Assembly (NCBI GenBank): GCA_951406725.2
Contig: OX597824.1
Span: 11,160,001-11,224,000 of the forward strand
DNA from: Octopus vulgaris
Lineage: Eukaryota
Length of the DNA stretch: 64,000 nucleotides
Reading direction: 5' to 3'
Shown: positions 63,318 through 64,000 of the stretch, piece after piece
How positions within the stretch are numbered: the first letter of the stretch is position 1
Layout: each line of letters starts with the position of its first letter
Program-made: the position numbers and the translations under genes
The notes under the pieces: generated by a model
Told to the model about the DNA's origin: nothing
Databases searched by the model: none
The model's input: only the letters and a program-made list of their open reading frames with translations

Positions 63318-64000
63318 TATAAAATATGAAGGGTCAAGTTAAGCAATGCATTGAATGGTTATTAGATTTCAGCACAAAGAAAAGTCAGCAGCGAACTCGA
63401 AATGGCAAAAAAAGACTGAAAATATTTTTTGTTAAAATGCGTGTTTTACTGTCGTCTTCCCAGCTAATTACAACAAAAACAGGTGAAAGGAGATCAAATC
63501 CTGTGCATGTAATCCACCTGTAACTCCGATTGTTGACTCAATAGCGAAAAACCAATTAATACAACCATAAATATAATGTTCTCTCTTTATCTTCTAATTA
63601 ACAATTTTCTCTCACACCATTTAGAGATATAAATTGCGAGAATGAATTAAGGTAAATAAATAACAGGTGTGACGTAGAGGGTAAAATCAATGAATACACA
63701 CAAACCAATTAGTATGACAATCCACGTGCTTTAAGAAAAAAGGAAGATTGAAAAAAAATTGTTGGGGGGAGGGGAAGAAATCGACTGCTATCTTTGTTGA
63801 CTATTTTCCCTTCTTTCATGTAAAAAATGCTTCCACTGATATTTTTTCTGCTGTATTTATGTGCGCGAGTTTGTCTGTGGCGAGGCTTCGCTTACTTTAA
63901 CAGCGATCTCAAAAATATAGAAGATGGTAATGTCTTCGACTTAAAAATGTATAGAAATCACACATATATGTAGATATATATCTATCGCTTTCTTCTTCTT
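63318..64000 (-). promoter_or_regulatory. 5' UTR / putative promoter region of the minus-strand gene
   Basis: Repeat-free and relatively CpG-rich. No splice acceptor directly before the ATG. Motifs: TGACTCA (63534-63540), TGACGTA (63670-63676), CCAAT (63705-63709), CACGTG (63723-63728). TSS not determinable. Confidence 0.35.

Overview
AT-rich, repeat-dense eukaryotic genomic DNA with no prokaryotic features. The SINE, LINE and microsatellite content resembles an octopod cephalopod (Octopus sp.); this is inferred from repeat types. One protein-coding gene of unknown function spans almost the whole window on the minus strand. It has a 588-nt first coding exon (63317-62730, GT donor, phase 0), a roughly 52-60 kb intron, and two apparently paralogous, mutually exclusive phase-0 terminal exons (10536-10426 and 2696-2553). 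The terminal exons give alternative basic/amphipathic, PPA-containing C-termini and are absent from the ORF track. The intron holds tRNA-derived SINE families, RTE and CR1 LINE fragments, piggyBac-, hAT-, Merlin-, pogo- and Tc1/mariner-like non-autonomous elements, Helitrons, Penelope-like fragments with hammerhead-ribozyme folds, local duplications and long TA/CA microsatellites. Nearly all other ORFs in the track are repeat artefacts. Most notable are (1) the duplicated alternative last exons, (2) a tRNA-headed element carrying a Penelope-type hammerhead fold, inserted as a head-to-head dimer with one TSD, (3) a second hammerhead-like family with a non-canonical core, and (4) several filled/empty insertion-site pairs and a templated insertion. 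Repeat boundaries are read by eye and are approximate (about +/-10-20 nt) unless TSD or TIR coordinates are quoted. SINE family labels A-D and MITE labels E-F are my own working names.
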